Below, one piece after another: positions 9,001 to 16,861 of a DNA stretch of 64,000 nt. Source of the stretch: Planctomycetota bacterium (GTDB lineage: Bacteria; Planctomycetota; Brocadiia; JAADGH01); assembly GCA_040755855.1 (NCBI GenBank), contig JBFMAD010000007.1, positions 120,731 through 184,730 on the forward strand. The letters are read 5' to 3'. Below the pieces are notes generated by a model. The model was not told where the DNA came from and made no database searches. It saw nothing but the letters and a program-made list of their open reading frames with translations. Numbering within the stretch: the stretch's first letter is position 1; each line of letters starts with the position of its first letter. Both the position numbers and the translations under genes were made by a program.

Positions 9001-9851
9001 AGGCGTTGTGGAAGTGGAAGCCGCCTTTTGACGAACTTAAGGCCCGCATCGCGTATTGCCATTGGCTTTGGCCCGAGCCATTCGTCAAGAAGGTCGCCGT
9101 TCACAACATCAACAAAGACGGCAAGGCAGAGATCGTAACAGGCACGGGCATGAACACCTTCGCCGTGGACGGCGCGGGCAAGCAGCTCTGGGCCTTCCGC
9201 GACAGCAAGGGGCATACCCCCTGCATGAGGGCCATCGTCTTCGCCGATGTGGATAACGATGGGGTGGAGGAGCCGATCGGCGGGGCCAGCGACATGTGGT
9301 ACGACCCCTCGATGTATGCCATCGGGCCGAAAGGCGAGCAGAAGACGGCCTTCGCAAGCGACGGTTGGTGCTCGGGGGTGAAGGCCGCCATCGCCGAGGA
9401 CATTGCTGGAAAAGGTCGAAAGGGACTCGCCTATGTCACGCGCAAAGGCGGCCTCTGGTGCTACCCCGACGTTACGGACACAAAGACGAAATGGTATCGG
9501 CGCTTCGCCGACCTGAAAGACCGCGTAGCGACGCTGGCGCATAAGGGCGGCGCGAAACTTATCATTGTGGCCGGCGGCGACGATAACTGGGTGACGGCGC
9601 TTGATGCAACCGGGAATCGGGTATGGGCAGTGTATTTCGATGCGGCGATCGGCGCCCTTGCATCGAATGCCGCGAAGGACAAGTTGTACGTCGGCTGCGA
9701 CGATGGCGCAGTGCATGAACTGGACGCCGCGGGACGTTTGCTCCGTTCAACGACGATTGAGGGCGCGCCCAACCTTGCTGTTCCATTTGGCGCAGGGATT
9801 GCCCTTGCGACAGAAGAAGGAAGCGTGTATCTCATTGAGGGGGAGTCCTGA
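6081..9851 (+). CDS. Large secreted protein: heparinase II/III-like lyase core plus C-terminal FG-GAP/beta-propeller repeats
   Basis: Hydrophobic N-terminus; GNHQ, WPSFGD, LGHAYDDQNGI and AHNVVAV resemble the Hepar_II_III pattern; GDLNGDG, NINKDGKAEI, ADVDNDG repeats at the C-terminus. Confidence 0.6.
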   Translation: MQTFMYWWTVACVLSFILCVCDEGTCQTETISPLTQLKKHYPDTDLVRDGAARAAIYHPSLPDYETAAKELSQKFRERFGFELPVRPDDANRAWRKETGHVIAMGNVGNSLLIRWLYLREFFAPSSNRQIRTVHDPWGEGRNAVLLAGVDLSDVKANFTPLLDRLQRPQPNTLILPQTLDPAPAVGDDIKAQIDEHRRDLPKMPLNYPAYHAGWVCKHYPRLGFDGFIPLYRESLQRLVQTKSYCHLYLFRESRGWDVIEEAPSLTDEDRLMITNFFRNSVASEKEGIGSLRKLLKGKRLIQGNHQSQTACGIMVVADYLRRYYPSELHEQWYKDALAFFEPYRAKGCYLGDDEGMQAASIDNIMNAVYLTDDDPASHPFLQRTLDRLMPNYNNFGMWPSFGDNYASYRFGAGFYMNGAQIYGKPEYLWMYHFITNASPTAAPKIPTEKPKAGWWPIDFAPRQPEGFVGLQWSEPDETLFSLAKSKWAEENKVSVSDCFGRAAFRAGINPQDDYLLLDGVHLGHAYDDQNGILEYSTLGRTFLVSRDYNYGSALSAHNVVAVSVNGMADIDPCPLATRRLWANLPSFAATRTVLYTDGHSSAHHVDSPSADWERNILWLKNQFFIVFDRVVARQEGMHSAVGFWRMVGDRHDLPDGMEMRQQAGDQEVRFRLAVQGADYVAIGKDEDPQATYAFGRYGKQPPPMDNVPPVVHMLKAHKARQLKPGESFTMATCFWAGSAQRPNEITCRAVSSDAVRIEVNGEAMLAARGDVSLPGLMAQAEMSLIARQRVCMVAGRKLSLGERVAFEAQTPISFEWDLASGQCHVEAKQATKASWNGQMFDIPAGRSIHAVKEDGIAEALAAALKSMPALPSTQTTHLPKAEGRLKVVGARQGASGVECLWAGKLGPDGDHVIVGYRDGGVEALKGIALDPSWTYRCAGVVNSIDAGDLNGDGVFEVAVGSDDHHLHALTHGGKALWKWKPPFDELKARIAYCHWLWPEPFVKKVAVHNINKDGKAEIVTGTGMNTFAVDGAGKQLWAFRDSKGHTPCMRAIVFADVDNDGVEEPIGGASDMWYDPSMYAIGPKGEQKTAFASDGWCSGVKAAIAEDIAGKGRKGLAYVTRKGGLWCYPDVTDTKTKWYRRFADLKDRVATLAHKGGAKLIIVAGGDDNWVTALDATGNRVWAVYFDAAIGALASNAAKDKLYVGCDDGAVHELDAAGRLLRSTTIEGAPNLAVPFGAGIALATEEGSVYLIEGES

Positions 9852-9947
9852 TGCGGGCGGGCGAAGAAAATAGGTCAAACTACTTTTTATTTGGCCTCGA
9901 TCAGCCTATGGCATGCAATTTGGGTGCAACCATAAACCTGTCTTCGT

Positions 9948-11360
9948 TCACCACCATTTCGTTTTGAGGGCGTACCCAACGTCGTAGATGATCCGGCCGG
10001 TGGTGACGCCCTTCCACAACCGCCGCAGGGCGTACTTCGGTCGGAAGTAGAACTGGCGATAGGCCTTCTTGTAGTACTGGCTGATCGTGTCCCAGTCGAG
10101 GTTCGGGTGTTTATAGACCGGCAGGGTCAGGTCGTGGAAGAGGTACCGCGACCAATCCTTCGTCAGAATCAGGCCCTTCTCGTCATACTCGTCAAAAAGC
10201 GGCGTGCCGGGGAGGGGAATCGTAATCGCAAATTTTGCGATGTCGAGATCGAGTTCGACGGCGAAGTCAATCGTGTCCTGCATGGTCTGCTCGGTTTCAT
10301 CGGGCAGGCCGAGCATGAAGAAGCCGAAGGTCTCGATGCCAGTCTTCTTTGTTATGGCTATGGCCTTCCGCACCTGGTCCTTGGTGATGCCCTTCTGGAT
10401 GCGGTCGAGAATCTGCTGGTTCCCCGACTCGATCCCGAAGGCCGCCTGATAGCACCCGGCCTGCTTGAGTTTTCGGACCAGTTCCTCGTCCGTCCGGTTC
10501 ACCCGGATGCCGTTGATGAGCGTCCAGGGGAATTTCAACCCCCGCCGGATGATCTCGTCGCAGATCGCCTTGGCCTTGTTCAGGTTCGTGGAGAAGCCGT
10601 CGTCCTCGATGTGTATCTCCCGGAAGCCGAGCCGCAGCATCCGCTCGATCTCGTCGGCGACGCGCCCCGGCGACTTCTGCCGGAACTTCCGCCCGAAGAT
10701 GTTCTTGTTGCAATAGGTACACTGGAACACGCAGCCGCGGCTCGTCTCGAGGAGGCCCGTCGGACTCTCGCGCTCCACCAACTTTGAGGTCTTGTATCGC
10801 CGGATGTCGTAGAGTTGCCACGCCGGGAGGGGGAGCTTGTCCAGGTCGTCAACCAGGGGGCGCGGCTCGGTCATCACCACCTCGCCTCCGCGCGCGAAGG
10901 CGATGCCCGGCACACTGTCCGGACGGGCGCTGCGGATCAGGTCGCGCAGTGTGAAGTCCCCCTCGCCGATCACGGCCACGTCGAAGGGCGCATCAGTAAC
11001 CATCTCGCGCGGGAAGGTCGTCACGTGAACGCCGCCGCAGACGGTAATGGCACTGGGGCAGAGTTCTTTGGCCTTCGCCGCGATCTTGCCCATCTCGAGA
11101 GCCATCGGCGTTGTGCCCGTCACGCCGACGTAGTCCGGTTGGAAGTCTTTGAGCGTCTTTTCGAGGAAGGCGTACGGCTCGTTCTCCAAGTCCATGTCGG
11201 CAATGCGGACGTCGTGGCCGTCCTCGATGAGGGGCGCGGCGACGGTGGCCAGGCTTAGGACGGGGTTCTGGAGGGCCCCGGCCTTGCGGTCCACGTCCTC
11301 GTAGGTCACCTTGGTGTAGGGCGGGTTGACAAGCAGGATTCGGCAGGATTTGCGCGCCAT
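9948..11360 (-). CDS. Cobalamin-binding radical SAM protein (class B methyltransferase/BchE-like)
   Basis: ILLVNPP, GGVHVT, IGEGD B12-binding region; TSRGCVFQCTYC; FGIESGNQ. Confidence 0.92.
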   Translation of the reverse strand: MARKSCRILLVNPPYTKVTYEDVDRKAGALQNPVLSLATVAAPLIEDGHDVRIADMDLENEPYAFLEKTLKDFQPDYVGVTGTTPMALEMGKIAAKAKELCPSAITVCGGVHVTTFPREMVTDAPFDVAVIGEGDFTLRDLIRSARPDSVPGIAFARGGEVVMTEPRPLVDDLDKLPLPAWQLYDIRRYKTSKLVERESPTGLLETSRGCVFQCTYCNKNIFGRKFRQKSPGRVADEIERMLRLGFREIHIEDDGFSTNLNKAKAICDEIIRRGLKFPWTLINGIRVNRTDEELVRKLKQAGCYQAAFGIESGNQQILDRIQKGITKDQVRKAIAITKKTGIETFGFFMLGLPDETEQTMQDTIDFAVELDLDIAKFAITIPLPGTPLFDEYDEKGLILTKDWSRYLFHDLTLPVYKHPNLDWDTISQYYKKAYRQFYFRPKYALRRLWKGVTTGRIIYDVGYALKTKWW

Positions 11361-11368
11361 GGTGGTCC

Positions 11369-12106
11369 TCAGTCAAACAGCGGGGCGTGGCGCAGGCCGT
11401 ATCGGTTCAGCAGGTACTTGCCGATGGCAATCAACGTCTTTGTGCCATAAACTGTGGACGTAACGAAGTTCACCGACGAGGCGTCGGAGTGATACATCGT
11501 GGGAATGGGAATCTCGTGGATCGTAATCCCCCTGTTCACGATCTGGAGGATCATCTCCGAATCGAAGACGAAGTCATTGGAGTTGCGCAGGAATGGGATC
11601 GCCTCCAGGACGCTCCGCTCGTAGGCCCGATAGCCTGTGTGGAATTCGGTGTATTGCGTGCCGAGGAGGAGGTTCTCGAGATAGGTCAGGACTTTATTGA
11701 ACAGGAATTTGTACGGCGGCATGCCGCCCTTCAGCGCCCCCCCTCCGAGCATCCGCGAGGCGAAGACGACGCGCGCCTCGCCCGAGGCGATCGGCTCGAT
11801 GAGGGCGGGGATGACCTTCGGGTCGTATTGATAGTCCGGGTGGAGCATTATGATAATGTCCGCACCCTCCCCCAGGGCCTGGAGGTAGCATGTCTTCTGG
11901 TTCGCCCCGTAGCCGATGTTGAAGGGGTGCTGGATCACCTTGATGGGGAGCGTCTTGGCGACGGCGACGGTATCATCGGTGCTGAAATCATCTACCAGAA
12001 TGAACCCATCCACCCAGCCCTTCGGCACCTCGTTGAAGGTTTTCACGAGGGTGCGGGAGGCGTTGTAAGCCGGAAAGACGACGATGACTTTCTTACCGTT
12101 TATCAT
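11369..12106 (-). CDS. Glycosyltransferase family 2
   Basis: VVFPAYNA, LVDDFSTD, GYGANQKTCY, LHPDYQYDP, EFHTGYRAY. Confidence 0.92.
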   Translation of the reverse strand: MINGKKVIVVFPAYNASRTLVKTFNEVPKGWVDGFILVDDFSTDDTVAVAKTLPIKVIQHPFNIGYGANQKTCYLQALGEGADIIIMLHPDYQYDPKVIPALIEPIASGEARVVFASRMLGGGALKGGMPPYKFLFNKVLTYLENLLLGTQYTEFHTGYRAYERSVLEAIPFLRNSNDFVFDSEMILQIVNRGITIHEIPIPTMYHSDASSVNFVTSTVYGTKTLIAIGKYLLNRYGLRHAPLFD

Positions 12107-12204
12107 AGTTGGGGTAATGGAGTGATGGAGTAATGGAGTATTGGGTACTGTGGAGTGTCATCCTCCCATCACCCCCATACTCCATTACTCCATATACTCC
12201 AACT
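12107..12204. repeat. Inverted pair of 8-bp tandem arrays filling the whole intergenic gap
   Basis: Left GGGGTAAT GGAGTGAT GGAGTAAT GGAGTATT; right ATCACCCC CATACTCC ATTACTCC ATATACTCC; outer ends AGTTGGGGTA / TACTCCAACT are complementary with one mismatch. Confidence 0.85.
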
Positions 12205-13181
12205 CAATCGAGCGCCTCCGGGTTCACCAAGTTCGGGGGACGCTTGCCCTCAAGGCCCGCCACAAGATTGTTCGCGGCCATCTCGGCCATCTTTCCCCGC
12301 GTCCAGATGGTGGCGCTGGCGGTATGGGGCGCCAGGACGGCGTTTGCGCACTCGGTCAAGCCGGGCTTGAGTTCCGGCTCGTCCTCATATACGTCCAGCC
12401 CCGCCCCGGCGATGGTCTTATTCTTCAGCGCCTCCACGAGGGCCTCCTCATCAATCACCGGTCCGCGCGAGGTGTTGATCAGGTAGGCCGTCTTCTTCAT
12501 CAGTCCCAGCTCCCGTTTGCCGATTAGATGCCGCGTTGTATCGTCCAGGACGGTGTGAACTGAGACGAAGTCAGATTCCTTGAGGAGCGTGTCCAGAGCG
12601 ACCTGTTTCGCGCCCAGATTCTCCTCCAATTCCTTGTTCTGGTTCAGATCGTGGTAGAGTACCTTCATCTTGAAGCCGACGGACTTCAGGGCCATGGACG
12701 AGCCGATTCGGCCGGCGCCGATGATCCCGAGCGTCCGGCCTGTGATGTCGCCGCCGAGGAACATGGTCGGCCGCCAGCCGTGAAACTTCCCCGCGCGGGT
12801 GAATTTGTCGCTCTCCGCGCACCGTCGCGCCGCCGAAAAGAGCAGCGCCCACGCCATATCGGACGTGGCGTCGGTCAGCACGCCGGGCGTGTTGCCCACG
12901 ACGATCTTGCGCCGGCTTGCCTCCTCTACGTCAATGTTGTTGTAACCCACGGCGTAGTTGGAGATGACCTTGAGCTGCGGGCCGGCAACATCCATAAATT
13001 CCTTGTCCACAGTGTCTGTTAGCAGCGTCAGCACGCCGTCGCGGCCCTTGATCTTTCTCAACAGCAGGGAGCGCGGGTGAATACGGTCCTGGGGATAGAC
13101 CTCCGCGCCGGGGCAGAAATCCTTGACGATCTGCATCCCCGGCTCCGGGATGATACTCGTAACATAAACACTGTAGGACAT
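12204..13181 (-). CDS. D-2-hydroxyacid dehydrogenase (glyoxylate reductase/D-glycerate dehydrogenase)
   Basis: NYAVGYNNID, NTPGVLTDAT, GIIGAGRIG, INTSRGPVIDE, DVYEDEP, APHTASA. Confidence 0.93.
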   Translation of the reverse strand: MSYSVYVTSIIPEPGMQIVKDFCPGAEVYPQDRIHPRSLLLRKIKGRDGVLTLLTDTVDKEFMDVAGPQLKVISNYAVGYNNIDVEEASRRKIVVGNTPGVLTDATSDMAWALLFSAARRCAESDKFTRAGKFHGWRPTMFLGGDITGRTLGIIGAGRIGSSMALKSVGFKMKVLYHDLNQNKELEENLGAKQVALDTLLKESDFVSVHTVLDDTTRHLIGKRELGLMKKTAYLINTSRGPVIDEEALVEALKNKTIAGAGLDVYEDEPELKPGLTECANAVLAPHTASATIWTRGKMAEMAANNLVAGLEGKRPPNLVNPEALD

Positions 13182-13297
13182 TTACACGACCCTCCAACGC
13201 GGCAACTGGGCCAGGAGCGCCTTCCCCGAAGGGAAACAATTTATCACGCATGGGTGAATCTGTCAACCAAAAAAACTATGCAACGACGGCTTGTGAG

Positions 13298-13337
13298 TTG
13301 ACACACAGGCGAGCAAGGTGTAATCTTACGCTATAAT
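13298..13337 (+). promoter_or_regulatory. Sigma70-type promoter for the NHLP export operon
   Basis: TTGACA (13298)-17 nt-TAATCT, plus a second TATAAT at 13332. Confidence 0.55.
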
Positions 13338-13403
13338 TGTGGTTGCGCGTCATATTCGAGAAGCGGCCCCATCGCCTGGTGAAACGTTCTGCGAGGAACC
13401 GAG

Positions 13404-14657
13404 ATGGCAAGCGAAATGTTTCGGAAGAAGGCTCTGGGGAAACTGCAATCCCCCGAGCAGTTGGACGAGATGATGAAGGTCACCCGCCCGCGGGGCTGGA
13501 TCGCGTTGTTGGCCCTGTGCGCCGTGGTGGCCATGGCCGTGTTCTGGGGGATTATCGGCCGCATCCCCACGCGGGTCAACGGCGAGGGCATGCTAATCCG
13601 CCCTGCCGGCGTGCTGAATGTCCCAGCCAATGGCCAGGGGCCGGTCGCTCGGGTGCTGGTCGAGGAGGGAGACATGGTGAAGGCGAACCAGGTGGTCACC
13701 GAGATCGCTCAGGTGGACCTGCTTGCCCAGATCGCCGAGGCGAAGAGCGAACTGGCCCTCCTGGAGCAGGAGAACAAGAAGGTCCAGGACTATTGCAAGC
13801 AGCAGCGCGACGTGAAGATGGTCTACTACGCCGCGCAGAAAAAGGACCTGGAGTCGGACATCAAGGAGCAGACGGCGCTTGTGGCCGAGCTCCAGAAAAT
13901 GGTGGCCAGCATGGAAAGCCTGCGAAAGCGGGAGATCATCTCCGAGCAGGAGCTGACCCAGTCCCGGCAGGGCCTCCTCCAGGCCGAAATGCAGTTCCGA
14001 ACCCTCGACACGCAGTTGAACTCCATCCCCACCGATGAGATTGAAACCGAATACACCCTCAGCCTGCGACGGTTCGACAGCGAGAAGGCCGTTGATGATG
14101 TGAAGCGGAAGATCGAGCTGCTGCAAACGCGCCTCAAGCAGGCCTCGCAGGTAGTCAGTCCCTGCAGTGGGCGCGTCCTTGAGGTGATGGTGGACGAAGG
14201 CGCAGTCGTCAACATCGGCACGTCCGTTCTCAGCGTGGAGATGCTCGATCAGACCATGGAGGCGGCCATCTTCATCTCCGACAAAGCGGGGAAGAAGGTG
14301 CAGAAGAACATGATTGTCGAGATCACCCCCGCCACAGTGAAGCGGGAGGAATATGGCTACATCATTGCTCGGGTGAAAAACGTCAGCGAATTCCCCTCCA
14401 CCCGCGACGGCATGATGAGACTGCTGCACAACGAGACGCTGGTGGACCAGCTTTCGAGCGGCGGCGTGCCCATACAGGTTAACGCGAGCCTTGAGGTGGA
14501 CGAAAGCACCCCGAGCGGGTACCACTGGTCGTCCCGCCATGGCCCGCGTCTCAGGATATCCAGCGGCACGCTGTGCACGGGAAGCGTCGTCGTCCGCGAG
14601 CAGCCGCCCATCACCTTGGTCATCCCCTTCCTCAAGAGGTTCTTCGGCCTGACATGA
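13404..14657 (+). CDS. NHLP bacteriocin system secretion protein (HlyD family membrane fusion protein)
   Basis: MFRKKALGKLQSPEQLDEMM N-terminus, TM helix, coiled coil, TVKREEYGYI, TPSGYHWSS..GP characteristic of the NHLP-system HlyD. Confidence 0.92.
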   Translation: MASEMFRKKALGKLQSPEQLDEMMKVTRPRGWIALLALCAVVAMAVFWGIIGRIPTRVNGEGMLIRPAGVLNVPANGQGPVARVLVEEGDMVKANQVVTEIAQVDLLAQIAEAKSELALLEQENKKVQDYCKQQRDVKMVYYAAQKKDLESDIKEQTALVAELQKMVASMESLRKREIISEQELTQSRQGLLQAEMQFRTLDTQLNSIPTDEIETEYTLSLRRFDSEKAVDDVKRKIELLQTRLKQASQVVSPCSGRVLEVMVDEGAVVNIGTSVLSVEMLDQTMEAAIFISDKAGKKVQKNMIVEITPATVKREEYGYIIARVKNVSEFPSTRDGMMRLLHNETLVDQLSSGGVPIQVNASLEVDESTPSGYHWSSRHGPRLRISSGTLCTGSVVVREQPPITLVIPFLKRFFGLT

Positions 14658-16861
14658 GCGAAGAGCAAGAAACGCCGGTGGCATCGGAGACAAAGGCAAA
14701 ACCGCCGCGCAGGAGGCGCGTGCACACGCCAACCGTCATCCAGATGGAGGCGGTCGAGTGCGGCGCCGCCGCCCTCGGCATGGTGCTCGCCTACTACGGG
14801 CGGTTCGTCCCGCTGGAGCAGCTCCGCCTCGACTGCGGCGTATCCCGCGACGGCAGCAAGGCCAGCAACATGGTCAAGGCCGCACGTAGCTACGGTCTCG
14901 AAGCCAAGGGATGGATGAAGGACCCGACCGATCTGAAGTTCCTCGACCTGCCCATCATCGTCTTCTGGAACTTCAACCACTTCGTCGTCGTCGATGGATT
15001 TGACAAGAGGCGGTGGTATCTCAATGACCCCGGCACAGGCCCGCGCTCCGTCTCGAATGACGAATTCGACGAGTCCTTCACCGGCGTGGCGCTCACCTTC
15101 AAACCAACCCCGGAATTCAAGAAAGGCGGCGACAAGCCCCGCCTCAGCCGGGCCCTTCGCAAACGCGCCAGAGGCGCCGCGCTGCCCCTCGCCTATGCCG
15201 TCATCGCCGGCCTCGCCCTCGTCGTGCCGGGGCTGGTGATCCCCACCTTCGCCAAAATCTTCGTGGACCAGTACCTCATCAACGCGATGGCCTACTGGGT
15301 CCGCCCCCTCCTCCTTGGCATGGGCGTCACGGCGGTTCTCTACGCACTCCTTACCTGGCTCCAGCAGTACTGCCTTTGCCGGCTGGAGATCAAGCTGGCC
15401 CTCACCTTCTCGGGCAGGTTCTTCCACCACGTCCTGCGCCTCCCCACAGAGTTTTTCGCCCAGCGCTACGGCGGCGACATCGCCTCCCGCGTCCTGCTCA
15501 ACGACAAGGTCGCCCAGCTGCTTTCCGGCCAATTGGCCACAAACCTCCTGAACTGCTTTATGGTCGCCTTCTACGCCCTGCTCATGTACCAGTACGACGC
15601 TACCATGACCCTCGTGGGCGTCGCCATCGCCATGACCAACCTCCTGGCCCTCCGAGTCGTCTCGCGCAAACGAACCGACCTGAACAAACGAATGCTCCAG
15701 AACCAGGCCAAACTCATCGGCACGGCCATGAACGGCATCCAGATGATGGAGACCCTCAAGGCCACCGGCAGCGAGGCCGACTTCTTTGCCCGTTGGGCCG
15801 GGTACAAGGCCAAGACCCTCAACGCCGAACAGGGCCTCGGCGTCTATACCCAGCTCCTAAACGTCGTACCTCCCCTGCTCACATCCCTCAACACGGCCTG
15901 CATGATCGGGCTGGGCGGCCTGCGTGTCATGCAGGGCGTCATCACCATCGGCGAGCTCGTGGCCTTCCAGAGCCTCATGCTCAGCTTCAGCCTGCCCATC
16001 AATCAGCTGGTCATGCTCGGCAGCCAGCTCCAGGAGGCCGAGGGCGACATGAACCGCATAGACGACGTCCTGAACTATGACCAGGACCGCGAGCTGGTAG
16101 AGTCCGAGCACGCCGAGACCGAGGGCGGCGACCTCGCCAAGCTGTGTGGAACGCTGCAGTTGAAAGACATCACCTTCGGCTACAGCAAGCTGGATGAACC
16201 GCTTATCGAGGGCTTCAACCTGACGCTTGAACCCGGCAGCCGTGTGGCGTTGGTCGGCGCGTCGGGCAGCGGAAAATCCACCGTATCCAAGCTCATTTGC
16301 GGCCTCTTCGAGCCGTGGGCGGGCGAGATACTCTTCGACGACAAGCCCAGGGCAAAGAACCCCCGCCGCGTCCTCACCAGCTCCCTCGGCCTGGTTGACC
16401 AGGACATCCTCCTCTTTGAGGGGACCGTCCGCGAGAACCTCGCCCTGTGGGACCCCAGCATCCCCGATGAGGACATCATCCAGGCCGCGCGCGACGCCTG
16501 CATCCATGAGGACATCGCCGCGCGAGCCGGAGGTTACGACAGCAAGGTGGACGAGGGCGGTCTGAACTTCAGCGGCGGCCAGCGTCAGCGATTGGAGATC
16601 GCCCGCGTCCTGGCCATGAATCCTTCCATCCTCGTCCTCGACGAGGCCACCAGCGCCCTCGACCCACTCACGGAAAAATTGATTGACGACGCCCTGCGGC
16701 GGCGGGGGTGCACCTGTGTGATTGTCGCCCATCGCCTGAGCACCATCCGAGACTGCGATGAGATCATTGTTCTGGACCGCGGCAAGGTCGCGCAGCGGGG
16801 GACGCACGACGAACTGGTCAAGGCCGGGGGGGCCTATTACGATCTGATCAAGGACCAATGA
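14654..16861 (+). CDS. NHLP family bacteriocin export ABC transporter, C39 peptidase/permease/ATPase
   Basis: TPTVIQMEAVECGAAAL (C39 Cys), CGVSRDGSKA, WNFNHFVV (His), GASGSGKS, FSGGQRQRLE, LDEATSALD; start trimmed to ATG 14654 overlapping upstream stop. Confidence 0.95.
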   Translation: MSEEQETPVASETKAKPPRRRRVHTPTVIQMEAVECGAAALGMVLAYYGRFVPLEQLRLDCGVSRDGSKASNMVKAARSYGLEAKGWMKDPTDLKFLDLPIIVFWNFNHFVVVDGFDKRRWYLNDPGTGPRSVSNDEFDESFTGVALTFKPTPEFKKGGDKPRLSRALRKRARGAALPLAYAVIAGLALVVPGLVIPTFAKIFVDQYLINAMAYWVRPLLLGMGVTAVLYALLTWLQQYCLCRLEIKLALTFSGRFFHHVLRLPTEFFAQRYGGDIASRVLLNDKVAQLLSGQLATNLLNCFMVAFYALLMYQYDATMTLVGVAIAMTNLLALRVVSRKRTDLNKRMLQNQAKLIGTAMNGIQMMETLKATGSEADFFARWAGYKAKTLNAEQGLGVYTQLLNVVPPLLTSLNTACMIGLGGLRVMQGVITIGELVAFQSLMLSFSLPINQLVMLGSQLQEAEGDMNRIDDVLNYDQDRELVESEHAETEGGDLAKLCGTLQLKDITFGYSKLDEPLIEGFNLTLEPGSRVALVGASGSGKSTVSKLICGLFEPWAGEILFDDKPRAKNPRRVLTSSLGLVDQDILLFEGTVRENLALWDPSIPDEDIIQAARDACIHEDIAARAGGYDSKVDEGGLNFSGGQRQRLEIARVLAMNPSILVLDEATSALDPLTEKLIDDALRRRGCTCVIVAHRLSTIRDCDEIIVLDRGKVAQRGTHDELVKAGGAYYDLIKDQ

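Noticed and set aside
7686..9716. 676-aa minus-strand ORF (likewise 26709-28898, 36005-37540, 49924-51537, 52698-54215, 61145-62743)
   Set aside because: Stop-poor antisense frames typical of high-GC coding DNA, opposite well-supported genes.
12107..12204. CRISPR interpretation of the repeat arrays
   Set aside because: Units are 7-9 bp, contiguous, with no spacers and no cas genes.
13182..13403. Possible RiPP precursor upstream of the NHLP transporter
   Set aside because: Only tiny ORFs without RBS or double-Gly leader; region reads as divergent promoters.
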